Counted from the first letter of the stretch, positions 10,344 to 19,605 are shown. The stretch is 64,000 nt of DNA from Candidatus Hodarchaeota archaeon (GCA_016839815.1 JAEOTM010000041.1:1-64000), one strand, 5' to 3'. A program made the numbers and translations. The notes: generated by a model from the letters alone, not told the origin.

Positions 10344-11303
10344 TCATCTTTTAGGAGCTTGACGGACTCTTCGAGTTCTACTTTGGACAATTGCATTTCT
10401 ATATTCCCCTTTACCAATGAAAGATTCACTAGAAATCAATTCACCTGGATAAATATCCATAGTTTTTTCAGAAAGATATTCCTTAAGATTTTGAGGTAAT
10501 TCAGAGATTATTTCCTTTTTGACCTCCTCAAGATCAATTCCTATCTTATAGATTCTCTTAAAGAACTGGTTTATATTATTTAAATCAGTTTCTAACAGTT
10601 TGACTGCTCTATCGATACGAATACGTACAGGGGTATTAATAAAAGTCTTAGTATTATATTCTACAGACTGTGAGACGTCCATGGTAAAAACTTCCCCTGT
10701 ATGTGTTTGAATCATCAGATTATGTTCAGAGTAGTCTCCATGAATCATCCTGCATTTCAAAAAGAGTTGGGCCAAAATATCAATTGAAGAATAAAGGATT
10801 TCTTCTGGATCGAAAGATAAAAGATCGACATCTCGTATAAGAGGAGCAGGAATCATTGGTGTCGAAGAATCTTTGGAGATAAAATCCATTAAAACGATAT
10901 TTTCGAGAAGACCTCTGGGTTTTGGTACCGGGCAGAACTTTGCCATTGCCTCAAGATTCCAGTACTCTTGTTTTGCAGCAAGCATTGCCATATCGCTGGG
11001 TAAAAGATGCTTCGTTCCACGAAGACGTTTTTTAATCGTGCTGGTGTAAAAACGAAAGACTTTCGCACAAACAAGTTCCCCAGATGAGTCCTTTGCAAGT
11101 AATACAGTTGCTTCTTTACCCCCTCCTATTACTGCATAAACCTGTCTTACTTTCCGAGTATCAAGGAGCTGGGTGATTGCATCAGCGATACGAACTTCTT
11201 TTTGAGGGAGTTTTCCTTGTCTATCTATACGATGTTCCTCTCGTCCTAGAGCGTTTTTCCCGTATCTTTCGAATCCAATTCGTTGATTATGATCTGTACT
11301 CAT
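10344..11303 (-). CDS. rio1: RIO1-family Ser/Thr kinase/ATPase
   Basis: GGGKEATV, CAKVF, EYWNL, VPKP, IHGDYSEHN, MDVSQSV; SD GGAGG 8 nt before ATG. Confidence 0.9.
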   Translation of the reverse strand: MSTDHNQRIGFERYGKNALGREEHRIDRQGKLPQKEVRIADAITQLLDTRKVRQVYAVIGGGKEATVLLAKDSSGELVCAKVFRFYTSTIKKRLRGTKHLLPSDMAMLAAKQEYWNLEAMAKFCPVPKPRGLLENIVLMDFISKDSSTPMIPAPLIRDVDLLSFDPEEILYSSIDILAQLFLKCRMIHGDYSEHNLMIQTHTGEVFTMDVSQSVEYNTKTFINTPVRIRIDRAVKLLETDLNNINQFFKRIYKIGIDLEEVKKEIISELPQNLKEYLSEKTMDIYPGELISSESFIGKGEYRNAIVQSRTRRVRQAPKR

Positions 11304-11305
11304 AG

Positions 11306-11358
11306 TAAAAACCTCCTGGTGAGTTTTAGCTCCGTCGATGTTTTATTAACATCACGGA
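11306..11358 (-). promoter_or_regulatory. Two tandem leader hairpins upstream of rio1, one sequestering the SD
   Basis: 11-bp stem 11331-11358 with one bulge; AAAACUC/GAG(G)UUUU stem at 11308-11327 covering GGAGG. Confidence 0.5.
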
Positions 11359-11444
11359 CTATTGGAGAATTGGTACTTAAAGGCAATTTTTCCTTCAATT
11401 TTATTTTTCACCATTAATTTCTGTTTTTCAACAGCAAATTTCAT
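11352..11444 (-). CDS. Putative leader peptide MKFAVEKQKLMVKNKIEGKIAFKYQFSNSP (30 aa)
   Basis: ATG preceded by GAAGGT at 6 nt; its UGA lies inside the 11331-11358 hairpin, 48 nt before the rio1 ATG. Confidence 0.45.
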   Translation of the reverse strand: MKFAVEKQKLMVKNKIEGKIAFKYQFSNSP

Positions 11445-11607
11445 TTAATTACCTTCAATTTAAAAATCTTTTGATCTAATTAAATCTATTTCTGAAAAAT
11501 GGAGTATCCTCTGATTAAACTGAAAAATACGATATTTATTCCTAAAATATTCACAACAATCACTTCAAATGCAAATTTTCAAAAGTACATTCAAAATTTC
11601 GGATTGA

Positions 11608-11888
11608 ACCTTGCTTTCAAGGTATCTATATTAAAAAATCCATATGTATTGACAATAACACGCCAGACCTTTTACACAACTGGATTAAAACGGAGAAAAA
11701 GAGGTTATGTCTTTTATCCCAAAGTATCCGAGGTTTGTGCGCAGAGAAAATCAACCAAATGGATTTTTGTTAATATTCCAGTTCTTAACATTGCACTTAT
11801 TCACCTCGGGTATTTGAATTTCATAAAAAAGACGAAAGATAAGTCTTTTGCATTGTATATTTACTTACATGCAAATACCATTTTTGGT
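11608..11888 (+). ncRNA. Candidate structured RNA (several hairpins plus a three-way junction), family unknown
   Basis: 13-bp stem 11722-11734/11803-11815 with 2 G-U pairs (favours + strand) enclosing three further stems; flanking hairpins at 11608-11623, 11692-11719, 11827-11849, 11850-11872, 11877-11888. Confidence 0.4.
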
Positions 11889-11904
11889 TTATTCATTATA
11901 AAGT

Positions 11905-12516
11905 CTATCGTAATGGCAAGCTATCCGATGCTAAAAAAGTTTCAAGGATCGATAATACATTCCATGCGATTTCATGCCGCATTAGCAATCGGGGAAGATC
12001 AGAGGTGAGTTCAAACTTAAAAGATGTGGTATTGGATTTAGTACTAATTGCCATAAACACCTCTCCTGCTCTTTTTCGAGTACGACGTTGATGGAAATCT
12101 GTTGGTAACATTCCAGTTTCAGCCAGACCTATATCTGATTTTGCATATAATCGAATCTTTTCTGCCAGTTCTCTAGCTGTCTGTGAAGAGACTGTACCTG
12201 GACCATCATGAACCAATAATTCTTTCGAAATTCCTAATTTAATTTTCATTTCAGAAGTGTAAGGGGTTATTCCAAGAATGAAGTATGAAGATGCTCCTTC
12301 TTTTCCTGTTAGAAGATCACTTATCAACCCACATGTTGTTAGTTCAACTGTTGAGATAGTAGTTCCAGTTTTAGCAAGTAAAGGAAGTATAATATTTGTC
12401 GAATATTGATGTAACAAAGCATATCCTTCCCCAATAACAGTTTCCTTATTCATCGAAAATCCAGCTAGCGATTGCTTCATTCTTTCGATGTATGATCGTT
12501 CAGTAATTCGAAACAC
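11905..12516 (-). CDS. CinA C-terminal / PncC (NMN deamidase)-like protein, divergent active site (real start probably 12480 or later)
   Basis: TVELTTCGLIS, GASSYF, YTSEMK, GTVSSQTARELA, SDIGLAETG, GEVFMAI. Confidence 0.8.
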   Translation of the reverse strand: MFRITERSYIERMKQSLAGFSMNKETVIGEGYALLHQYSTNIILPLLAKTGTTISTVELTTCGLISDLLTGKEGASSYFILGITPYTSEMKIKLGISKELLVHDGPGTVSSQTARELAEKIRLYAKSDIGLAETGMLPTDFHQRRTRKRAGEVFMAISTKSNTTSFKFELTSDLPRLLMRHEIAWNVLSILETFLASDSLPLR

Positions 12517-13502
12517 CTCTGTTTCAGGTAAGTATTCTCCTTCCGACGGTATTCATCAATAATTTGAAGATGGTTCTCTTTATTCTCGTGAATAGATCCA
12601 AGAAAATTCTGAATTATTTCCGTACTCTTATCCAGTTCTATGTTGCTCTCATTCAGTAATCGAATGAATACTTGTATAATTATTTGCACAACAAGAAGAG
12701 AGGAGTCATTTGAATATAGGTGAAATCTTTGGATTAATTCCATTGTTTGTGGGTGCAAAGAAGGAATGTGAATATCTTGATTCAAGGAAAGCTTATTTCT
12801 AACATTTGTAGAGCTCTCATACCGAAATTTGGTCATTAAAGGGAGGAAAATCACATTTTGATCAAGGATAATTTTTTTCTGTGATTCAGGGGGCAATGAG
12901 TGAAGATAAGAATCAAAATCTTCTCTACTTACTATCTTCTCTCGCCCTGCTACAATATAGGTGGTCTCAAAAATTTCAGGAAGAATATCTGTTAGTGGTT
13001 TAGAGTAATAAACACCTTGGAATAATTTCTCAAAAACATCTAAACCCATAATATAAGTGATAATTGGTTGATTTGGAAAAAAGCTCTTAATAGCTTCAGT
13101 AAGCTCAATATATCGTCCACTATTGGATAACCCAATCATCCATGGTATATTCAATTGGTTCAAAGTCAATAACCGCTCTATCATTTTAACTCTGAACCCT
13201 AGTAAGGAATGAGTAAATACATCAGTTTTTTTCTCAACATGAGAATGAGATAGGAGGACTAAAAGAGATACTTGAGCTTGAGGATGATGATTTTGATAAA
13301 AAGATAGCGATTTTACTATTAATTCATAATGTGAAAGCAATGGGGGATCAAACGAACCCTGAATTACTAATAAATGGTTGAATGGTTTTTTTTCAGTATA
13401 CTTTCGTACTATCGTTAAGAGTGGCCCCTGTTTCTTGAAATCCCTCATAAGTTGTTGGGCAGTCCATTCTATCTCAATAATTGAATTTAAATGCTTTTCC
13501 AT
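12477..13502 (-). CDS. Nicotinamide/nicotinate mononucleotide adenylyltransferase, Pof1/NadD-like
   Basis: HxGH-like GSFDPPLLSH, RVKMI, YIMGLDVFEKLF…YY, VAGR, ESSTNVR; overlaps the CinA-like gene. Confidence 0.75.
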   Translation of the reverse strand: MEKHLNSIIEIEWTAQQLMRDFKKQGPLLTIVRKYTEKKPFNHLLVIQGSFDPPLLSHYELIVKSLSFYQNHHPQAQVSLLVLLSHSHVEKKTDVFTHSLLGFRVKMIERLLTLNQLNIPWMIGLSNSGRYIELTEAIKSFFPNQPIITYIMGLDVFEKLFQGVYYSKPLTDILPEIFETTYIVAGREKIVSREDFDSYLHSLPPESQKKIILDQNVIFLPLMTKFRYESSTNVRNKLSLNQDIHIPSLHPQTMELIQRFHLYSNDSSLLVVQIIIQVFIRLLNESNIELDKSTEIIQNFLGSIHENKENHLQIIDEYRRKENTYLKQRCFELLNDHTSKE

Positions 13503-13549
13503 CCATTATCTCCACAATTAAATAAAAATAATTAATCTTTACTATTCAG

Positions 13550-13566
13550 TGATTATTAGATAATCA
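13550..13566. promoter_or_regulatory. Palindromic operator candidate TGATTAT-TAG-ATAATCA in a divergent promoter
   Basis: Perfect 7-bp inverted repeat with 3-nt spacer; matches sites at 38654 and 38685. Confidence 0.5.
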
Positions 13567-13661
13567 TTGTTAAAAATCTTCATTTGTAGCTGTTGTGTTT
13601 CAACCCAAACCTTTTTTCTCTGTTTTAAAAGATCGCTATTTGCTATCTAAGCGGGAAGTGT

Positions 13662-14747
13662 TTGCTAATGATTGAGGAAACAGAATTTCTTGACCTATTT
13701 ATTCCAGGACCAGTTAATGTATCAAAAGATAGTCGTGAAATGATGACTTATCCAATGATTGCACATAGAAGCAAAGCTATGGGTGATTTACATAAAGATA
13801 TCGTAAATTACCTTCAGAAAATGCTTTTTACTTCAAATCAAATAATTCTTTCGACCTCCTCGTCGACAGGACTAATGGAGGCCGCAATTCGAAATTGTGT
13901 CAATAAAAATCCCGTTCTCAATGTTGTGAATGGAGCATTTGCTGAAAGATGGAATAAAATAGCTGCTGCTAATGGAAAACAAAATGAAATTCTCCAAATC
14001 GATTGGGGTAAAGCTGTAACACCAAACCAACTCCAAGAAACGCTTGAGAAGAATACATATGACGCTGTGTGCATAACTCAAAATGAAACATCTACAGGAG
14101 TCGCTTCTCCTCTTAAGGATCTGTATAAGACAGTTAAAGATAATAATTGTTTACTCTTAGTGGATGCAGTTTCTGGGGCAGGAGGATTGGAAACCCGAAT
14201 TGATGATTGGGATATTGACGTTTACCTTTTTGGCCTACAAAAGTGTATGGCCTTATCACCTGGTCTTGCAGTAGCTTCTGTGTCAGATACCGCACTAGAA
14301 ATGGCAAAGAAAACTCCAAATCGAGGATTATATTTCGATTTCCTTGATCTTAAGAAATATCATGATCGTAATATGCAACCCGCAACTCCTGTTATTCCTA
14401 TCTACTATCAGCTACAATACAAGCTCCACCAGATTGTTGATGAAGAGGGTATTGAAAACCGCTGGGCAAGACACCAACAATTAGCAGATTATACCCGTAA
14501 CTGGGCAAAGAGCAAAGGATTATCACTGTTTGCAGATGAAACTGTGGCTAGTAATACAGTAACTTGTATAAATAGCATTGGTATCAATGTTGCGAAACTC
14601 AAGGCAGATCTGATGAAAAAAGGCTATTTCTTTGCTACAGGATATGGAAAGTTTAAAGAATCAAACTTTCGTATAGCACACATGGGAGATCGAACCATGG
14701 ATGAAATGAAAACCTATCTCTCAACAATAGATGAATTAACAGAGTAA
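13662..14747 (+). CDS. Class V PLP aminotransferase (serine-pyruvate/alanine-glyoxylate type); likely start ATG 13668
   Basis: FIPGP, HRS, NGAFAERW, NETSTG, VDAVS, QKCMALSPG (PLP Lys), FRIAHMG. Confidence 0.9.
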   Translation: MLMIEETEFLDLFIPGPVNVSKDSREMMTYPMIAHRSKAMGDLHKDIVNYLQKMLFTSNQIILSTSSSTGLMEAAIRNCVNKNPVLNVVNGAFAERWNKIAAANGKQNEILQIDWGKAVTPNQLQETLEKNTYDAVCITQNETSTGVASPLKDLYKTVKDNNCLLLVDAVSGAGGLETRIDDWDIDVYLFGLQKCMALSPGLAVASVSDTALEMAKKTPNRGLYFDFLDLKKYHDRNMQPATPVIPIYYQLQYKLHQIVDEEGIENRWARHQQLADYTRNWAKSKGLSLFADETVASNTVTCINSIGINVAKLKADLMKKGYFFATGYGKFKESNFRIAHMGDRTMDEMKTYLSTIDELTE

Positions 14748-14902
14748 CATTTCAAAACCGGTTTTTCTCCTTCAGACTAATTTCTGAGTCTCGGTAGTTA
14801 GTTGATATCAGACCGTCAGAATTCGCAGATGTTATAAAGGCTTAAATTTTGATGACATGTACTACTTATCAGAAATGAGATTAATGTCGGACAGTAGCAC
14901 CA

Positions 14903-17218
14903 GTGGCTGAAATATTTGATGCTATTATACTTGGTAAGGTAAATCCATTCAGATCGACAAGTATCGGAGATCCCTGGCAATCTGATGTAATTGATGTACC
15001 AGAGTACAATGGCAAGGCAACTCGCATTGTACTTGAAACTCTAGACGAAGTACGCTCCACAGGCCGATCTGGTATGTGTATGATTTTAGGAGATGCTGGA
15101 GTAGGTAAAACACATGTTTTGGCTCGATTACGACGCATTGCTGAAGAAAACAAATATATTTTCGTTAGTGTTCGGCCTCTTGGAGATTTAACCAGGATTT
15201 ATGGTCATATCCTTCAAGAACTGATGATTTCACTAAGGAAAAAAGATGAAGACGACGAATATAGCCCTCTTGAACGTTTTATTGGGGATGTGATTTCTCG
15301 AGCTTTAAGTGATGGTTTACCCGATAATCCTTCTGCCCAGCATCTTGCAGCCAGCTTTGACCAAGATCCAATGAAGATCTTCAGCTATAAGCCTGAACGA
15401 TTTTACTCTTCGAACTTACGTAAAATGGCAATAAATTACCTGGCTTCCTCTGCTCCAGACATTGATATTCAATTTTTAGAAGTTTTATTCCACGTTCTCA
15501 ACCCTTCCATGCGATCAACGGCATTTAAGTGGTTATCTGGGATCGAAGTTTCCCAAAGTGATTTGAACAGATTGGAAGTTCCGCATTCTATAAATTCTGA
15601 AAATCGAGCGTTATCTATCATCCAAACTATCGCCTCACTTGCACAGAGACCTATATTACTCTCATTTGACCAATTAGAGTCTATTTACATACGTTTTAAA
15701 CGTGATAGCGGGATACAACTGCTATTTGATTCATTAACCAATCTGTATAATCAATGTCGACATCTACTCGTTCTTGCTATGTGCCAATCTCTTGTATGGA
15801 ATGAATCAATTACAAAAGAAGTACCAGAATATTCACGACAACGAATTGACTATATTACTCGTTTGGAAAGATTATCACACAAGAATGCTGTCGCATTAGT
15901 TAAAGCACGATTTGATACGATGTTCTTGGATTCAGGAGTAATCCCTCCTTATGCTACATATCCATTCAAAGATGATTACATCGCGAAGATAGCAGATAAG
16001 ACTAATGGAAATCCTCGTCTCTTTCTTCGTCATTTAAGAGATAGGATTAATGAATTCAAGGATCAAGGACAAATACGAGAGTTAACAGCAGTAGATGTGA
16101 TTGATACAGAACCTCAAAAAGAAGCAGTTGCAGGCGTACCTCCTATGACTCCTGATGAGGTTGTATCAACAGTTACTTCATCCCTATCTAAACAGAGCGC
16201 TGATGCGTTGTTATCTTTATCCGCAGAAGAAAAAGTAGCTCTAGCAGAATTGATCCCTGAACCTGAGATAGGGACATCCGAACCAGTACCGGTGATGAGT
16301 AGAACTGAAAAAGCACTAGATGCTTTAGATGAACTTGTTCCAAGTGTTCCTGTCACATCAACCCCAACAGAAATCATAACCTTCTTAGAAGCAAAATGGG
16401 CAAAATTTGCACAAGAATTTGAGATGGAAATATTCGCGTTTCCCCATCCAGTCCGAAGAGATTTCTGTAAAGGTGTACTCTATGAAATATTAAACTCAGC
16501 GATTGAAAAGAAACGGCCAATCTATGGCCTTAATGTCCTCAATGTGCGTATTGATCGGAATCTTGTTGAAAAAGATACTAAGGGATTGGATCTGGTCTTT
16601 ACATATCAGACTCCTCGTGGTCCTACATCAGTAGGGATTGAAATAAATAATAGCGAACACGGATCTACTGTATTTCAAAGTCTTCGGCGTCTAAAGAAGC
16701 TAGTGAGGGGAAATATTCGTTATGCATTCATCTTACGTGATGAAGAACTTTCTTTACAAAGAACAGCTACAAAATCTTTGGATCTCGCAGAATCACTAAC
16801 AGATTATGGCGGACTCTATTACATTGACTTTCTTTCGAATCAAGCACTCCTTGCAACGAAGAAATTATTAGATTTAGCATCTGCTGGAGATTTAGTATTA
16901 GGAGCCCAAACGGTAAGTAGAAATCAGGCATTATCTTTTATCTTTGAAGAGTGTTTGAGCCGAATCACAATTTTCCAAGCAGTTTTCTCACATTTACAAT
17001 CATCTCAGGATCCCAGTCCACGTAGAACAGGCTACACCTCTGAATCATCTGAAGCAGTTGAAGCAATTGTCACTATATTGAAATTTAATCCTAGTATGAC
17101 AACTGATCGCTTATGTATGCTGCTTAATCGGAATGAAAGTGATTTAGTACCTATTCTTAAAATGCTAGCTATACGTGGTCTGATCTCTTTCGATGGGAAA
17201 AATATAACCTTGCTCTAA
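14903..17218 (+). CDS. Large AAA+/P-loop ATPase with acidic Pro-rich linker, PD-(D/E)xK-like domain and C-terminal winged helix
   Basis: Walker A GDAGVGKTH, Walker B LLSFDQLE, Arg finger-like SRQRI, GNPR; LDLVF…VGIEIN; C-terminal wHTH pattern MTTDRLCMLL…LKMLAIRGLI. Confidence 0.75.
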   Translation: MAEIFDAIILGKVNPFRSTSIGDPWQSDVIDVPEYNGKATRIVLETLDEVRSTGRSGMCMILGDAGVGKTHVLARLRRIAEENKYIFVSVRPLGDLTRIYGHILQELMISLRKKDEDDEYSPLERFIGDVISRALSDGLPDNPSAQHLAASFDQDPMKIFSYKPERFYSSNLRKMAINYLASSAPDIDIQFLEVLFHVLNPSMRSTAFKWLSGIEVSQSDLNRLEVPHSINSENRALSIIQTIASLAQRPILLSFDQLESIYIRFKRDSGIQLLFDSLTNLYNQCRHLLVLAMCQSLVWNESITKEVPEYSRQRIDYITRLERLSHKNAVALVKARFDTMFLDSGVIPPYATYPFKDDYIAKIADKTNGNPRLFLRHLRDRINEFKDQGQIRELTAVDVIDTEPQKEAVAGVPPMTPDEVVSTVTSSLSKQSADALLSLSAEEKVALAELIPEPEIGTSEPVPVMSRTEKALDALDELVPSVPVTSTPTEIITFLEAKWAKFAQEFEMEIFAFPHPVRRDFCKGVLYEILNSAIEKKRPIYGLNVLNVRIDRNLVEKDTKGLDLVFTYQTPRGPTSVGIEINNSEHGSTVFQSLRRLKKLVRGNIRYAFILRDEELSLQRTATKSLDLAESLTDYGGLYYIDFLSNQALLATKKLLDLASAGDLVLGAQTVSRNQALSFIFEECLSRITIFQAVFSHLQSSQDPSPRRTGYTSESSEAVEAIVTILKFNPSMTTDRLCMLLNRNESDLVPILKMLAIRGLISFDGKNITLL

Positions 17219-17233
17219 CTGCAAGAAAAAAGA

Positions 17234-17722
17234 TTACTGTTCATCCCAAGGTTTCAGTGCAAATTTCTGCGGAAATTTTTTTCTCGCAATAATAATTTGT
17301 CCTTTTTCAGTAATTTGGGACAAAAATTGCAGCTCTTTTTGGACTTCTCCATTATCTCGTCCATTGGAGGAAGTAAGAGTCTCAATTGTCACAAAAGAGC
17401 TTGATAAACTTTTTATTAATTGATCAAGTTTTTGAATATACTTAGTTCGAAATCCAGCTAGGTCCAGGTCTGAAACAATCGGTGGACTTATTATTTTCCA
17501 CATTCCATTGGATTCGATAATTTTCCCATGGGAAGTAATATAAACCATCATTTTAAGTACTTCAGAAGCATCAGGACTACAGGAACCAATCGTTCGTGCA
17601 ATTTGAAATGAGGATTTATTCCCATCAGCCCCTTCAAAGGCATCCATGACACGTGACATCCATTTAAATGGAAATTTACTCTCATCGACTTGCATGATTG
17701 ATCTCCATGAAGTACTATACAT
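17234..17722 (-). CDS. Hypothetical protein, probably tandem winged-helix
   Basis: Internal repeat EVLKMMVYITSHGKII / KELQFLSQITEKGQII, each preceded by an HTH-like segment. Confidence 0.6.
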   Translation of the reverse strand: MYSTSWRSIMQVDESKFPFKWMSRVMDAFEGADGNKSSFQIARTIGSCSPDASEVLKMMVYITSHGKIIESNGMWKIISPPIVSDLDLAGFRTKYIQKLDQLIKSLSSSFVTIETLTSSNGRDNGEVQKELQFLSQITEKGQIIIARKKFPQKFALKPWDEQ

Positions 17723-17836
17723 ATAACAGTATAACCAGACGATTCATTTTCAGATTAATAGGTATTCCTTGGCTATCTCATAACTTAACATCATCTTTCG
17801 TAGGATTCAAAAAGCTATAGACAAGTAAGTAAATAG

Positions 17837-18532
17837 ATGCAATCACAGTCAACAATTACATTGATGTACGATAAACCTTGTTTACCTGATTATACTGGCG
17901 GATGGGGGCTTTCTCTTTGGATTGAATACGTGAATGATGTGATTTTATTCGATTCAGGATGGAATGGTGGAATTTTAATCAATAATTTGAGGAGATCTGG
18001 CAAAAATCTTAATGAAATAACCTATATCTTTCTAACACACATTCATTGGGACCATATAGGAGGAGTTGTTCATATTCTAAACCAAGAATTGTCCAACTTA
18101 AAAGCAGTAGTAATTCCAAGAAGTTTTTCAATGCATTTGAAGAAAGAGCTCTCATATTCAGCTCAACTCTTTGAAATCCCTGATTCTTCTCAGCCAAAAG
18201 AGATAGCTAATGGAATTTGGTCATCAGGTGTAATGGGAGAGAAGATCAAAGAACATGCATTATTCCTCCAATTATCGGCCAAACAGATACTAATCGTGAC
18301 AGGATGTAGTCATCCATCCCCCACTCAATTTTTAAAAAGTGCAAGCTTATTAGGGTCTGTTTACGGAATTATTGGCGGATTTCATGGATTCTCTGATTTA
18401 GAAAAGTTTGAAAACCTTAAATTAATTATTCCCCTCCATTGTACAAAGAATAGATTGGAGATTTTGTCAAGATTTCCTTCCCAGTCATCTATAATCAAAG
18501 TTGGAGAAAGTTTACATCTCCCAAGTGAATAA
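17837..18532 (+). CDS. MBL-fold metallohydrolase (COG1237 type)
   Basis: WGLSLWI, LFDSG, THIHWDHIGG, TGCSHP, GGFH, PLHCT. Confidence 0.88.
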   Translation: MQSQSTITLMYDKPCLPDYTGGWGLSLWIEYVNDVILFDSGWNGGILINNLRRSGKNLNEITYIFLTHIHWDHIGGVVHILNQELSNLKAVVIPRSFSMHLKKELSYSAQLFEIPDSSQPKEIANGIWSSGVMGEKIKEHALFLQLSAKQILIVTGCSHPSPTQFLKSASLLGSVYGIIGGFHGFSDLEKFENLKLIIPLHCTKNRLEILSRFPSQSSIIKVGESLHLPSE

Positions 18533-18791
18533 TGTTTATTAATCATCTAGTCATCCTTCTACTATCCTAGATCTTATATTCTTCAAATTTGAAAGAAGAA
18601 TGATTATTGTGATTGATCGACGAATAGACCCTTTTACTCCAACCACACTAGATCCTTCCCAAAGAACTTGGTCTTTAAGCACAATTCTTCTCCTCCTTGC
18701 CATATTAATTGTAAGCATCGCTGTAATCTCATTAATCAATGATCTTTTCATCAATTAAGCTTAACTGGGGCATATTACATTCTAGTAATAA

Positions 18792-19604
18792 CTAGTCAGG
18801 AGTAATCGGCCGATATCCCTCTAAATCCAGTGTTACATACCGATAACCCAATTTCTTTAATTCTTGGACAATAAAATCAATATCTTTTGTGCATATCTCA
18901 CGGATGGATTCTGGTGCCAATTCAATACGAGCAAGATTACCATGGTCACGAAGTCGAAATTGAGAAGATAGATCCTGTTTACGAAGGAAATCTTCAGCCT
19001 TTTCAACCTTTTTTAAGTTTGGTACAGAAATTTCCTCATCATAAGGAATCCTTGACGCTAGACATGCCATCGCAGGCTTTTTAGCCACTGATAGGTCATA
19101 ATGGTCTGCAATCTCACGTACCTCTTTTTTTGTGAGTCCCCCTTGTCGTAATGGACTGTAAATTGTTAGTTCTTCAAGAGCCTTCAGACCAGGCCTATGT
19201 CCTTCAGTATCTGATGCATTAGTTCCGTCTACAACTATTTCATACCCCTCCCTCATTGCTAAATCATGTAATTGAGAAAATATTAACTTTTTACAATGAT
19301 AACACCGATCAGGAGGATTTCTCCAAAAGAGATGATCCTTTTCTACAGAGATCTTAAGGACTTCATGAGGAAGGTCTAATTGATCAGCAATCTCTTTCGC
19401 TTCATCCAGCTCTTGTCTGGATATCCAATCTGATGTAACAGTTATAAGTTTAATTTTATTGGATACTTTTTGGACAACTCGTGCAACGACGGTGCTATCA
19501 ACCCCACCAGAAAAAGCTATTATAACCCTCTTCCCAACAAGTGGTGATATTGCTTGAGTAATTTTATATTTCAACGCATTGCTTAACACAAAACATTCTT
19601 CCAA
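18792..19604 (-). CDS. larE: LarE-family ATP-dependent sulfur transferase (PP-loop); start TTG 19604 or GTG 19589
   Basis: AFSGGVDS, NPPDRCYHCK, DGTNASD, HRPG, ACLASRIPY, RLRDHG, TLDLEGY. Confidence 0.88.
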   Translation of the reverse strand: MEECFVLSNALKYKITQAISPLVGKRVIIAFSGGVDSTVVARVVQKVSNKIKLITVTSDWISRQELDEAKEIADQLDLPHEVLKISVEKDHLFWRNPPDRCYHCKKLIFSQLHDLAMREGYEIVVDGTNASDTEGHRPGLKALEELTIYSPLRQGGLTKKEVREIADHYDLSVAKKPAMACLASRIPYDEEISVPNLKKVEKAEDFLRKQDLSSQFRLRDHGNLARIELAPESIREICTKDIDFIVQELKKLGYRYVTLDLEGYRPITPD

Positions 19605-19605
19605 A

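Noticed and set aside
11499-12008. 169-aa + strand ORF from the track
   Set aside because: Almost no acidic residues, no recognisable motif, overlaps the CinA gene antisense by ~100 nt; the region is better explained by RNA structure. Not fully excluded.
14903-17218. Calling the ATPase Orc1/Cdc6 and seeking a replication origin
   Set aside because: Much longer than Orc1/Cdc6, different Walker B context, and no ORB-like repeats in the flanks
18551-18754. 67-aa minus-strand ORF between the MBL hydrolase and larE
   Set aside because: Fits the gap and could be real, but has no SD or motif I can support
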